From contig CBDAOB010000004.1 in assembly GCA_965197905.1 (NCBI GenBank), forward strand, positions 96,001 through 160,000: a stretch of 64,000 nucleotides of DNA, written 5' to 3'. Shown in pieces: positions 36,752-47,057 of the stretch. The number at the start of each line of letters is the position of its first letter. The stretch's first letter is position 1. This stretch comes from Candidatus Latescibacterota bacterium (lineage in GTDB: Bacteria; Latescibacterota; UBA2968; UBA8231). A model generated the notes under the pieces. The model was not told the DNA's origin, searched no databases, and saw nothing but the letters and a program-made list of their open reading frames with translations. The translations under genes and the position numbers were made by a program.

Positions 36752-38464
36752 CTACTTGCCGCCGGCTTTTTCGATCTTAGCCCACGAATCGCGCAGGGCT
36801 ACGGCACGATTGAACACCAACCGGTCCGGTCGGGAATCAACCCCGTCGAGACAGAAGTAACCCTGTCGCTCAAACTGGTAGGTGATGCCCACTTCTGCTT
36901 CCGCAAGGCTCTGTTCCACCAGGCAGTCCGTTAGTACCTCTAAAGAATCGGGATTGATGTGCTCCCTGAAGTTCTCTCCGTTCGGATCGTCCACCGTGAA
37001 CAGGCGGTCGTAGAGACGCACCTCCGCTTTGACGGCGCGGGCGGCCGACACCCAGTGGATCGTACCCCGTACTTTGCGTCCATCGGGGGATGAGCCACCC
37101 TTCGTTTCGGGATCGTAGGTGCAGTGAAGTTGAGTAACCTCCCCTGAATCCGGATCCTTGACTACGTCCACGCAGGTGATGTAATACCCGTACCGCAGGC
37201 GAACCTCCTTGCCGGGAGCCAACCGGTGGTACTTCTTCGGCGCGTCTTCGCGAAAATCGCTCCGCTCGACGTAGAGAGTGTGCGAGAAGGGTACCATGCG
37301 AGTTCCCATGGATTCATCTTCGGGGTTGTTAATCGCCTCCAATGCCTCTTTCCTATCTTCCGGAAAGTTGTCGATAACCACTTTGAGCGGGTTGAGCACT
37401 CCCATCACTCGCGGGGCGATGCGGTTGAGATCCTCGCGCAGCTTGTGTTCGAGCAGAGCGACGTCGATCAGGTTTTCCCGCTTGGCGACACCGACCTCGT
37501 CCATGAAATTTCGAATCGCGGTCGGCGTATAACCACGTCGGCGCAAACCAGCCAGCGTCGGCATGCGTGGATCGTCCCAACCATCAAGGTGCCCCTCGTC
37601 GACCAGTGGACCAAGAAAACGTTTGCTCATGATCGTGTTGCTGAGATTGAGACGGGCAAACTCGTACTGGTTGGGTGGATCCGGAATCTCTGCCGCCTGG
37701 AGAATCCAATCGTAGATGGCGCGGTTGTTCTCGAACTCCAGGGTACAAATGGAATGAGTGACCCCTTCGATCGCGTCGGAAAGACACTCCGTAAAATCGT
37801 ACATGGGGTAGATACACCAGGCATCGCCAGAGCGGTAATGCGCGTGATGTTTGATGCGGTAAATGGTCGGGTCCCGCATGCTCAAATTCGGTGATGACAT
37901 ATCGATTTTCGCACGCAGCACGTGGGCACCGTCGGCGAACTCGCCGGCGCGCATGCGTTTGAAGAGGTCCAGATTCTCTTCAACGGAGCGCTCGCGACAG
38001 GGACTCTCCACCCCCGGCTCGGTGAGAGTTCCGCGATGTTGCCGAATCTCGTCGGCGCTGAGGCTGTCGACATACGCCTTGTCGTTTTCGACCAGTTTCA
38101 GCGCAAACTCGTAGAGTTTTTCGAAATAATCGGAGATATAGTACTCCCGATCCTCCCAGTCGAATCCGAGCCAGCGGATGTCATCCTTGATCGCTTCAAC
38201 GTATTCGAGCTTTTCGTTTTCCGGATCGGTATCTTCGAAGCGAAGATTGCACAAGCCACCATTTTCCTTCGCGACGGAGAAATTGAGGCAGATCGACTTG
38301 GCGTGGCCGATGTGCAACCTGCCGTTCGGTTCGGGAGGGAATCGCGTCATTACGCGGCCGTCGTGCTTTTTAAGCGCAACGTCCTCTTTGACGATCTCGC
38401 GAATAAAATCGGAAGGTGCCGAGGACTCGGTCCCCGCCACGTCGGTATCTGTCATTTCTTGCAC
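36752..38464 (-). CDS. glnS: Glutamine--tRNA ligase
   Basis: [53 protein letters not shown]. Confidence 0.97.
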   Translation of the reverse strand: MQEMTDTDVAGTESSAPSDFIREIVKEDVALKKHDGRVMTRFPPEPNGRLHIGHAKSICLNFSVAKENGGLCNLRFEDTDPENEKLEYVEAIKDDIRWLGFDWEDREYYISDYFEKLYEFALKLVENDKAYVDSLSADEIRQHRGTLTEPGVESPCRERSVEENLDLFKRMRAGEFADGAHVLRAKIDMSSPNLSMRDPTIYRIKHHAHYRSGDAWCIYPMYDFTECLSDAIEGVTHSICTLEFENNRAIYDWILQAAEIPDPPNQYEFARLNLSNTIMSKRFLGPLVDEGHLDGWDDPRMPTLAGLRRRGYTPTAIRNFMDEVGVAKRENLIDVALLEHKLREDLNRIAPRVMGVLNPLKVVIDNFPEDRKEALEAINNPEDESMGTRMVPFSHTLYVERSDFREDAPKKYHRLAPGKEVRLRYGYYITCVDVVKDPDSGEVTQLHCTYDPETKGGSSPDGRKVRGTIHWVSAARAVKAEVRLYDRLFTVDDPNGENFREHINPDSLEVLTDCLVEQSLAEAEVGITYQFERQGYFCLDGVDSRPDRLVFNRAVALRDSWAKIEKAGGK

Positions 38465-38528
38465 AATCGGGTCGGGTTTGGCGGAACTGAGGGAAACTTA
38501 ACGGATTCGCAGAACAGTTGCCAAGGGC

Positions 38529-40103
38529 TCAGGAGGCCATTTGGCGTCGCAGTTCCCGCTCATACTCTCCCAGAATCCGCTCATAGGTGTCTTCGCTCAT
38601 GAAGCCGGTTACCTCGAGCGCGAGATCGTTGCGATAGCGGCCCGCCGGAATATACATGCGGCTGGAGGGTGGCGTGCGGCGCTGCCATAGGATTTCCGCT
38701 TGCGGCGGAACGTAGCTGGCTTCGCGCCGTTGCCCGTCGGGGCCTGCGGTGTAGAGCGATATCAAATGGGGAGAAAAACGATCATTGCCGTGGGAGATGC
38801 TTCCGCCCTGAACCCCGGTAAGGTCGTTATCAATCCTCCCCGATTCTCCCGATCCCCTGAGGATGGGGATCATGCCTTCCAGTTTCACATAGGATCGTCG
38901 GGGCGCGACGACCTCTACCTGGCTGTTGCACAGGGCGAGCACGTACTCCGAGTACGGCTCCGAGCCGACAAACCTGGTCAGCTGGCCGATACACTCGGCT
39001 CTGGATTTCGCTTCGAATCCTTCGGTATGGGTCAAATAATACTCGGCCACGGCAACGGGAATGACCAATCGGGATTCTTCAGCGGTCAACAGATCGCCAG
39101 AGGTGCCCCGCGCCTTCAGGGCTGCCTGTGCTGCTTCCGACGTTTTGTGAAGCTCGTACTCAACCCCGGACCACTGCGAGCTACCTCGCTGCAGGCGCAG
39201 TTTCAACAAACCTGAGCGATTCGCCAATCGCGCCGCTTCCGAGTGGAACAGGATCATGTTGACCAGGACGGGCGCCAGTCCGCCCAGAGAGGTCAGATTC
39301 GAAACGAGGTGTGCGCCCACGCGCTCATGCCCCTCGATATGGCGGCTGGATTCATTCCACAACCCGCAGTCGTGCATAAACCCGCCCAGAAAGATCTGCT
39401 GCAAGTTCAGTCGAAGATCGGCGTCTATTGTTTTGCTGGGCTCTACTCCGGACGGTGCCTGATCCACCGCGATACGGCTCGCTCTCCGAGACTCGAGCTC
39501 CGTGGCAAACACGGCAGCTTGCAATCCATGACGCACGATCTGGGCGCCTTCGTATTCGGAGATCAGATCCATGATCAGGGTGTTTCCGTCAAGGTATTCC
39601 CCCAGCGCGACAGCGACCGATTCGGAAAATCGCAGCATCTGCCGGCCAAGCTCTTCAAAGCGGTGCTGCGTCTCTCCACCGGCTACGGCGTCAGGCGGGA
39701 CCTCCTCGATGATCTGAAAGATCTTGTGCGCTGCGTGAACTACATCCTCGCCTCGGGTAATAACCTCCCTGGAGACCTCCTCGGCCCGCTGCTGGCGACG
39801 TTCCTTCTGATCCGCACCCTCCACCTGGATGTCGAGCTGAGTCTGGATGTCGTCGGTGGAGCCATGCTCACGAACGAATATCACGTCGACGACGGTAGGT
39901 GTGGTTCGTCGTGCCGGATTGCGCTGCTCGAGCCAGGACAGATGCCGCGGCCGAAGCTCATGGTCCGCCGCCAGGTAAACCCCGCCCCCCGGGCCAGCGA
40001 TGTCGCGGGCGGCGCAAACCCGATACCCCAGTTCGGTTTCTTTGATCTTGCGCATGAGCGCGCGCAGGTTGCGCGTACTCATGCTGACCGTGTTGCTATT
40101 CAT
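38529..40103 (-). CDS. HD-domain protein, degenerate HD-GYP-like
   Basis: GGFMHDCG, HERVG, ILFHSE; no GYP motif. Confidence 0.65.
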   Translation of the reverse strand: MNSNTVSMSTRNLRALMRKIKETELGYRVCAARDIAGPGGGVYLAADHELRPRHLSWLEQRNPARRTTPTVVDVIFVREHGSTDDIQTQLDIQVEGADQKERRQQRAEEVSREVITRGEDVVHAAHKIFQIIEEVPPDAVAGGETQHRFEELGRQMLRFSESVAVALGEYLDGNTLIMDLISEYEGAQIVRHGLQAAVFATELESRRASRIAVDQAPSGVEPSKTIDADLRLNLQQIFLGGFMHDCGLWNESSRHIEGHERVGAHLVSNLTSLGGLAPVLVNMILFHSEAARLANRSGLLKLRLQRGSSQWSGVEYELHKTSEAAQAALKARGTSGDLLTAEESRLVIPVAVAEYYLTHTEGFEAKSRAECIGQLTRFVGSEPYSEYVLALCNSQVEVVAPRRSYVKLEGMIPILRGSGESGRIDNDLTGVQGGSISHGNDRFSPHLISLYTAGPDGQRREASYVPPQAEILWQRRTPPSSRMYIPAGRYRNDLALEVTGFMSEDTYERILGEYERELRRQMAS

Positions 40104-40268
40104 GCCGTCGGTAACAATCCTCCAGTGCCCACATGGTTGCCTTATTGCGGGTGCTCATCTTGTCCGAGAGCGCCGGACAGCTATGTTGAAAACGGGTCGG
40201 GCGAGAGTTAGATTCTAAGCCCTCGACCGCTATAAAAACCAACACATTCAAAGAAAAAATAAGCAATT

Positions 40269-41495
40269 ATGGCATTGATCAACGAGAATTATCTGAAGCT
40301 CAAAGCGGGGTATCTGTTCCCTGAAATCGGCCGCAGAATGAATTCCTTTGTCGCCGACAACCCGACAGCCGAGGTGATTCGCCTCGGCATCGGCGATGTG
40401 GTCAAGGGTATTCCCCGGGTCATCATTGACGCCCTCAAAGAGGCGACGGAGGAGCTAGCCCACGACGAAAGCTTTCAGGGGTACCCGCCCGACCAGGGAG
40501 GGCTGTTCCTGCGCGAGGCGATAGCGGATCATGACTTCGCCAGCCGCGGGGTAGAAATCGACGCGGACGAGATTTTCATTTCAGACGGGTCGAAATGCGA
40601 CTCCGCCAATATCCAGGAGATATTCGGAATCGACAACAGGGTGGCGTTGACAGACCCCGTTTATCCGGTGTATTGCGACACCAACGTAATGGCGGGAAGG
40701 ACAGGAGACGGGGATGAGAGCGGGCGTTACGGGGGGCTGGTGTACCTTCCCTGTACGCTGGAGAACGGGTTCAATCCGCCGCTCCCAAACGGCCACGTCG
40801 ACTTGATCTACCTGTGCGCGCCCAACAATCCGACAGGGGCGGTAATGGACCGGCCGACACTGACTCAATGGGTCGATTACGCTCGCAGTGAACGGGCGGT
40901 GATCCTTTTCGACGCTGCCTACGAAGCCTACATCACGGATCCCGACATCCCTCATTCGATCTATGAAATTGAGGGGGGGCGCGAGGTTGCCGTCGAGTTC
41001 AGGAGCTTCTCCAAGAACGCGGGATTTACCGGCACCCGCTGCGCCCTGACTGTCGTTCCGAAGGAGCTCAACGGATATACCCAGAGCGGGGAGACCGTCG
41101 ACTTGCGCAGTCTCTGGCAGCGGCGGCACTCCACCAAGTTCAACGGGGTTGCCTATCCGGTCCAGCGGGCAGCCGCCGCCGTCTACACTCCGGCCGGAAA
41201 AGCGGCCGTCCGCGAACTCGTAAGCTTCTATTTGGGCAACGCCTCCTACATGAGAGATCGGCTTGACGGGTTCGGCATTTCAGTCCACGGAGGGGAGAAC
41301 GCGCCCTACCTGTGGCTACAAACCCCGGAGGGAATGGACAGTTGGGGATTTTTCGACCATCTGCTTCAGCGGGCTCACGTGGTGGGCACGCCGGGATCAG
41401 GGTTCGGGGCTGCCGGCGAGGGATTCTTCCGACTTTCGGCCTTCAATCATCGGGATCAGATCGAGCTAGCAATGGATCGCATAGGTGTCCTGTGA
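40269..41495 (+). CDS. dapL: LL-diaminopimelate aminotransferase
   Basis: [40 protein letters not shown]. Confidence 0.96.
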   Translation: MALINENYLKLKAGYLFPEIGRRMNSFVADNPTAEVIRLGIGDVVKGIPRVIIDALKEATEELAHDESFQGYPPDQGGLFLREAIADHDFASRGVEIDADEIFISDGSKCDSANIQEIFGIDNRVALTDPVYPVYCDTNVMAGRTGDGDESGRYGGLVYLPCTLENGFNPPLPNGHVDLIYLCAPNNPTGAVMDRPTLTQWVDYARSERAVILFDAAYEAYITDPDIPHSIYEIEGGREVAVEFRSFSKNAGFTGTRCALTVVPKELNGYTQSGETVDLRSLWQRRHSTKFNGVAYPVQRAAAAVYTPAGKAAVRELVSFYLGNASYMRDRLDGFGISVHGGENAPYLWLQTPEGMDSWGFFDHLLQRAHVVGTPGSGFGAAGEGFFRLSAFNHRDQIELAMDRIGVL

Positions 41496-41564
41496 GCGGC
41501 CGACACTAGATCCGCCATGTCGCCGCGGCACCGCCGGCGAATCCGTATCAGAGCCCCTCAAGCC

Positions 41565-41593
41565 TTGACGGAGCCGAAATAACCCAGTAAGTT
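41565..41593 (+). promoter_or_regulatory. Sigma70 promoter for the RHH-nadA unit
   Basis: TTGACG-17 nt-TAAGTT. Confidence 0.65.
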
Positions 41594-41633
41594 CTATACA
41601 CTTATTATTCAAAAGTTACATAGGAAATAGATA

Positions 41634-41852
41634 ATGCCTCCAGCAAAGCTGCAGAAGAGCGCGCGGGCAAAGGTTCGCACATTCTCTGCAACCGACCGCG
41701 ACGACGAAATGCTCGAAGCCGTTGCTCGCTATCACGGCGTCAGCAAGAGCGCAATGATCACGGGTTTGATTCGCAAGGAGTTTTGGCGCGTTTTCCCAGA
41801 CGGCACCGAATCGGTACCGCCCGATGAAGGAGTGAGAACCAGCCATGAGTGA
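41634..41852 (+). CDS. Small ribbon-helix-helix-like DNA-binding protein (72 aa)
   Basis: KVRTFS (beta strand) DRDDEMLEAVARYH-G-VSKSAMITGLIR (helix-G-S-helix); AGGA SD; overlaps nadA start. Confidence 0.7.
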   Translation: MPPAKLQKSARAKVRTFSATDRDDEMLEAVARYHGVSKSAMITGLIRKEFWRVFPDGTESVPPDEGVRTSHE

Positions 41853-42837
41853 AACTCGGTCCACGGGCAGCCCGACCTACCAGCCGTTTCACAATTACGA
41901 TCTGCCGATCGAGGAGTTGGTGGCGCAGATAGACCGTTTGCGCAAGGAGAAGAACGCCGTCATTCTGGCGCACAACTACCAGGTCCCCGAAATCCAGGAT
42001 ATCGCCGATTTTACCGGAGACTCTCTGGGGCTCGCGGTTGAAGCGACAAAATGCGACGCCGAGATGATCGCCTTCTGCGGCGTGCACTTCATGGCCGAGT
42101 CGGCAAAGATCCTCAATCCGGAAAAACGGGTGTTCCTGCCTCACCTAGGCGCCGGCTGCTCGCTGGCGGATTCGATTACGCCCGAAAGCCTGGATGACTG
42201 GAAGGAGCGTTACCCCGATCACACCGTCGTCACCTACATCAACTCCAGCGCCGAAGTAAAGGCCGAATCGGATATCTGTTGCACCTCTGCCAACGCCGTT
42301 TCGGTGGTTCGCAGCCTGGATTCCGACCAGATCCTGTTTACTCCGGACCGCAATCTGGGCCGCTGGGTCGCGGAGCAGGTGCCGGAGAAGACGATCGCCA
42401 TATACGACGGGGTCTGTCCTACCCACGATGTGCTGCGCCAGGCCAGCGTGGAACGCACCCGGGAAGAGTTTCCCGAGGCGGTCATTATCGCCCATCCGGA
42501 ATGTCGGCAGGATGTGGTGGAGGTGGCGCATGAGGTGTGTTCTACCACCGGAATGTTGACAGCGATAGAAAAATACCCGCAGACCAAGACTTTTATCATC
42601 GCCACCGAGAGCGGCATGCTCCACCAGATGAAGCTGCGCTTTCCCGACCGAGATTTCGTGGCGGCCGACGGCTGCATCGGCTGTCGCCTTCACTGTCCGT
42701 ACATGAAGGTGACCGGCCTGCAGGATCTGTATTTCTCGCTGAACGACGAGCGCTACGAGGTCGTTCTCGACAGAGAGATCGTCGATGGCGCACGTCGCGC
42801 CCTCGAGCGGATGATGGCCGTACCGAGAGATAACTAG
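41845..42837 (+). CDS. nadA: Quinolinate synthase
   Basis: ILAHNYQ, GDSL, FCGVHFMAE, AGCSLA, YINS, DICCTSAN, HPEC, CPYMK. Confidence 0.97.
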   Translation: MSETRSTGSPTYQPFHNYDLPIEELVAQIDRLRKEKNAVILAHNYQVPEIQDIADFTGDSLGLAVEATKCDAEMIAFCGVHFMAESAKILNPEKRVFLPHLGAGCSLADSITPESLDDWKERYPDHTVVTYINSSAEVKAESDICCTSANAVSVVRSLDSDQILFTPDRNLGRWVAEQVPEKTIAIYDGVCPTHDVLRQASVERTREEFPEAVIIAHPECRQDVVEVAHEVCSTTGMLTAIEKYPQTKTFIIATESGMLHQMKLRFPDRDFVAADGCIGCRLHCPYMKVTGLQDLYFSLNDERYEVVLDREIVDGARRALERMMAVPRDN

Positions 42838-42890
42838 GGAGGGTCGGTCAGCGTCTATCAATACCCCTTCCCCACGAACCGCTTTCAACG

Positions 42891-42931
42891 GACCCTTCTG
42901 AATTCGCCTGTTCGCAAGGGTCTTTTTTTTT
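42891..42931 (+). terminator. Rho-independent terminator after nadA
   Basis: GACCCTT...AAGGGTC stem followed by T9. Confidence 0.8.
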
Positions 42932-42945
42932 CCGGGCACCAACAA

Positions 42946-44772
42946 ATGAAATCTCCCACCACTTCGATCGTATTGGCGTTTTCCATGGCGATCTCGGTTC
43001 ACGCCGAGACCATAAAGAGTCATGCGTTGTCGATGTTTGACCAGAGCAAATACGTCCCCGAGTTCGCGCATTTCGACTACGTGCGCCCCGACGCCCCGAA
43101 AGGGGGCCATTTGCGTCTGGCAAAGGTCGGCAGCTTCGACAATCTGAACCCGTATACCTTAAAGGGCATCGCCGCGGCCGGTACGTTGATGATCTACGAC
43201 AAGCTGCTCGCGAGAGCGCTGGACGAACCGGCAACGGTGTACGGGTTATTGGTAGAGAAGGTCGAATTCCCGCCAGACCGGTCCTGGGTGTTGTTCACCT
43301 TGCGGCAGGAAGCCCGCTGGCACGATGGCACTCCGGTTACCACCGCGGATGTGGTGTTCACCTTTTACACGCTCATCGACAAGGGTATACCATTCTATCG
43401 GTCATTCTACGCCGATGTCACCAAGGTGGAAGCGCTGGATGATCGGCGCGTCAAATTCAGCTTTAGCCCGGGGGCGAGCCGTGAGATGCCTTTGATCCTC
43501 GGTCAGCTGCGGCCCCTCCCGAAGCATTATTGGGAAGGACGGGACTTCAGTGAAACGACCCTCGATCCTCCCTTGGGAAGCGGACCGTACCGGATTGCCA
43601 CCGTGGATCCCGGGCGTTCCATCCGCTTCGAGCGGGTGAAGAGCTACTGGGCACGGGAATTGCCGACGCAAAAAGGACAATTCAATTTTGATACGATTCA
43701 ATACGATTATTATCGCGACAACACCGTGGCTACCGAGGCGCTAAAGGTCGGCGAGGTCGATTTTCGGTCTGCCAGTAATGCCGTCCAGTGGTCCGCCAGC
43801 TACGAGACCGCAGCAAACGAAAAGGGATCTCTCGTCAAAGAAGCCATACCGCACCGGGCGATCCGGGGAATGCGGGGATTCTGCTTCAATACCCGTCGGC
43901 GCAAATTCTCGGATCCCGCTGTCCGCCAAGCGTTGGGTTACGCCTTCGACTTCGAGTGGACCAACCGGCAGCTCCTGCACGGTATCTACGAGCGCAGCAC
44001 GAGTTACTGGAACAATTCGGAAATGGCTTCCAACGGGATACCCAAAAGTTTGGAGCTCTCGGTGTTGCAGGAGTACCAAGACCGACTTCCGCTCGTACTG
44101 TTCACGCAGCCGTTCGCGCCTCCGCGCACGGACGGCAACGGCAATGTGCGTGGGAATCTGCGCATCGCCCAGAAGCTGCTAACCGACGGCGGATGGCGCG
44201 TCGTCGAAAATGCTCTTATTCACCGCAAAACCGGGGAGCCGATGACGGTGGAGTTTTTGTTGGTTTCCCCCGCCCACGAACGAATCGTCGGGCCTATCCG
44301 CGAGAATCTCAAGCGTCTCGGGGTTCGTTCGCGCATCCGCACCGTCGACTCCTCCCAGTATCAGAATCGGTTGCAGTCGTTCGACTACGACGTGATCGTC
44401 AACTACTGGCGCCAGACCCTGAACCCCGGCAACGAGCAACGCAACTTCTGGTCGTCTGCCGCCGCCGATTTGAACGGCAGTCGCAACTATGCCGGTGTTC
44501 GCGATCCGGTGGTGGACGAGTTGGTCGAGCGCGTGATCACCGCCGAGTCCCGCCAGATGCAGGTGGCCCTGACGCGGGCTCTGGATCGCGTTCTGCTGTG
44601 GGGGCACTACGTGATCCCGGGTTGGTACAGCAACACCTACCGCCTCGTCTATTGGAACGATCTCGGCCATCCGGATCCCGTACCCCCGAACAAGCTCGGA
44701 TTTCCGGAAACGTGGTGGTACCAATCTCCTTCGGCGATCACTGAAGCGAACGCCTCGACCCAGTCCGACTGA
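42946..44772 (+). CDS. yejA: Peptide ABC transporter substrate-binding protein (YejA type)
   Basis: FAHFDYVRPDAPKGG, FDNLNP, ARWHDG, LDRVLLWGHYVIP. Confidence 0.9.
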   Translation: MKSPTTSIVLAFSMAISVHAETIKSHALSMFDQSKYVPEFAHFDYVRPDAPKGGHLRLAKVGSFDNLNPYTLKGIAAAGTLMIYDKLLARALDEPATVYGLLVEKVEFPPDRSWVLFTLRQEARWHDGTPVTTADVVFTFYTLIDKGIPFYRSFYADVTKVEALDDRRVKFSFSPGASREMPLILGQLRPLPKHYWEGRDFSETTLDPPLGSGPYRIATVDPGRSIRFERVKSYWARELPTQKGQFNFDTIQYDYYRDNTVATEALKVGEVDFRSASNAVQWSASYETAANEKGSLVKEAIPHRAIRGMRGFCFNTRRRKFSDPAVRQALGYAFDFEWTNRQLLHGIYERSTSYWNNSEMASNGIPKSLELSVLQEYQDRLPLVLFTQPFAPPRTDGNGNVRGNLRIAQKLLTDGGWRVVENALIHRKTGEPMTVEFLLVSPAHERIVGPIRENLKRLGVRSRIRTVDSSQYQNRLQSFDYDVIVNYWRQTLNPGNEQRNFWSSAAADLNGSRNYAGVRDPVVDELVERVITAESRQMQVALTRALDRVLLWGHYVIPGWYSNTYRLVYWNDLGHPDPVPPNKLGFPETWWYQSPSAITEANASTQSD

Positions 44773-44855
44773 CCCTGTTAGCGTCGCCTCCCGCAGGAAC
44801 CTCGAGATTTAACGGGGCGCGCGCGCCGCGCCCTGCGTAAATTTGCGGCGAACCC

Positions 44856-45962
44856 ATGACTTCCTACATCCTTCGTCGTCTCTTGCTGATGATTCCGACC
44901 ATCCTCGGGATCCTGCTGGTCAACTTCCTCATCGTGCAGGCCGCTCCCGGTGGTCCGGTCGAACAGGTAATTGCTCGTCTTCAGGGACACGCGGTCGATG
45001 CGACGGCTCGCGTAAGTGCTTTCGGCGCCTTGGAAGGGGAGGCGGAATTCCAAGGTTTCGAGCTGGATGCCATCTCCTCGAAATATCGGGGAGCTCAGGG
45101 CGTGGACCCGGAGCTGTTGCGCGAGCTGGAGCGAATGTACGGCTTTGACCAGCCCGCCCATGTCCGCTTCTTCAAGATGCTCGGCGATTATCTCTCGTTC
45201 GAATTCGGCGAAAGTTTTTATCGCGACCGGCAGGTCGTGGACCTGGTACTGGAAAAACTTCCCGTTTCCATTTCTCTGGGGTTGTGGAGCACACTCCTCA
45301 TCTACGGTATCTCGATTCCCCTGGGCATCGCCAAAGCCATTCGCGACGGGTCCCGCTTCGACGTGTGGTCGTCGACGGCCGTCGTCGTAGGGAATGCGAT
45401 TCCCAGTTTTCTGTTTGCCGTCTTGCTTGTTGTTTTGTTTGCCGGAGGGCACTACCTCAACTGGTTTCCGCTACGTGGTCTCATGTCTCCGGAATGGGAA
45501 AACTTCGGCTTCCTGCACAAGGTGGCCGACTACTTCTGGCATCTGGCATTGCCGCTCTCCGCTCTCGTAGTCGGTGGTTTCGCGGGTTTGACGTTGTTGA
45601 CCAAGAATTCATTCCTCGACGAAATCAACAAGCAGTATGTGATGACCGCTTACGCCAAGGGTCTGAGCGATCGTCGTGTACTGTATCACCATGTTTTCCG
45701 CAACGCCATGCTGGTGGTGATCTCCGGCTTCCCCCCCGCCTTCGTACATATCTTTTTTACCGGCGCCCTCCTGATCGAGGTGATCTTCTCCCTCGACGGA
45801 CTCGGACTGCTGGGTTACGAAGCGGCGGTGGGGCGCGACTACCCGGTGATGTTTGCCACCCTCTATTTCTTCACCCTACTGGGGCTTCTAACCCAGTTGT
45901 TGAGTGACTTGAGTTACACCCTGGTGGATCGCCGCATCGACTTCGAATCAAGGGACGCCTGA
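44856..45962 (+). CDS. yejB: Peptide ABC transporter permease
   Basis: YILRRLLLMIPT, APGGPVEQ, KNSFLDEINKQYV, HVFRNAML. Confidence 0.93.
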   Translation: MTSYILRRLLLMIPTILGILLVNFLIVQAAPGGPVEQVIARLQGHAVDATARVSAFGALEGEAEFQGFELDAISSKYRGAQGVDPELLRELERMYGFDQPAHVRFFKMLGDYLSFEFGESFYRDRQVVDLVLEKLPVSISLGLWSTLLIYGISIPLGIAKAIRDGSRFDVWSSTAVVVGNAIPSFLFAVLLVVLFAGGHYLNWFPLRGLMSPEWENFGFLHKVADYFWHLALPLSALVVGGFAGLTLLTKNSFLDEINKQYVMTAYAKGLSDRRVLYHHVFRNAMLVVISGFPPAFVHIFFTGALLIEVIFSLDGLGLLGYEAAVGRDYPVMFATLYFFTLLGLLTQLLSDLSYTLVDRRIDFESRDA

Positions 45963-47057
45963 ATGGACTCCGGCACCCCACTTGCAGAATCGCAGGTCGT
46001 TTCCGCGAGGCCGATGCGGCAGCTGTCGGACCTGAACCGGCGGCGGTTCTCGAGCTTCCAACGAAACCGGCGTGGATATTGGAGCATGTGGATCTTTCTG
46101 GCCCTGTTCCTTCTCGCACTCCCCGCCGAGTTCATCGCCAACGACAAACCGCTTCTCGTCAGGTACGCGAGCGAATGGTATCTCCCGGTCCTGTTTCTCT
46201 ACTCCGAACGCACCTTTGGCGGCGATTTCGAGACCGAGGCGGAGTACCGAGACCCGTTCGTGCAGGCGTTGATCGAAAGCGACGGGTGGATGCTCTGGCC
46301 TCCCGTCCGTTTTGGCTACAGCACCATCAACTACCAGTTGCCGATCCCGGCTCCGTCGCCACCGTCTCTGCAAAACCTGCTCGGCACCGACGACCAGGCG
46401 CGAGACGTTCTGGCACGCCTCATATACGGATTCCGGATTTCGATTCTTTTCGGTCTCGTGCTCACCTTGTTCAGCTCCGTTGTCGGAATCGCGGCGGGTG
46501 CCCTGCAGGGGTTCTTCGGTGGGTGGATCGATCTCGTTCTGCAGCGGTTCATCGAAATCTGGTCTGGCCTGCCGACGCTGTTCATGTTGATCATCCTGGC
46601 CAGCGTCGTCGAACCCAACTTCTGGTGGCTCCTGCTGCTGATGTTATTGTTCAGCTGGATGACGTTAGTCGGTGTCGTGCGCGCCGAGTTCCTGCGCACC
46701 CGAAACTTCGATTTCGTGCGCGCCGCTCGCGCTCTGGGTGTGGGAAACGCGAAGATCATGATTCGCCATGTCCTGCCCAACGCCATGGTTTCCACATTGA
46801 CGTTCATGCCGTTCATCCTGACCGGTTCGGTAACCGTTTTGACTTCGCTGGACTTCCTCGGGTTCGGACTTCCACCCGGCTCACCATCGCTGGGTGAGCT
46901 GCTGAATCAAGGCAAGCGCAACCTGCATGCGCCCTGGCTGGGGATCACCTCGTTCATGGTGCTGGCCGTCACCCTATCGCTGTTGGTATTCGTGGGGGAA
47001 GCGGTGAGGGACGCCTTCGATCCGCGCAAGAACTTCGCCCCGGAGCCGTCTTCTTGA
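45963..47057 (+). CDS. yejE: Peptide ABC transporter permease
   Basis: AEFIANDKP, LGTDDQARDVLARLIYGFR, VRAEFLR, LDFLGFGLP. Confidence 0.92.
   Translation: MDSGTPLAESQVVSARPMRQLSDLNRRRFSSFQRNRRGYWSMWIFLALFLLALPAEFIANDKPLLVRYASEWYLPVLFLYSERTFGGDFETEAEYRDPFVQALIESDGWMLWPPVRFGYSTINYQLPIPAPSPPSLQNLLGTDDQARDVLARLIYGFRISILFGLVLTLFSSVVGIAAGALQGFFGGWIDLVLQRFIEIWSGLPTLFMLIILASVVEPNFWWLLLLMLLFSWMTLVGVVRAEFLRTRNFDFVRAARALGVGNAKIMIRHVLPNAMVSTLTFMPFILTGSVTVLTSLDFLGFGLPPGSPSLGELLNQGKRNLHAPWLGITSFMVLAVTLSLLVFVGEAVRDAFDPRKNFAPEPSS

Noticed and set aside
35241..38464. Convergent gltX and glnS as a special system
   Set aside because: Co-occurrence is normal; adjacency alone gives no testable novelty
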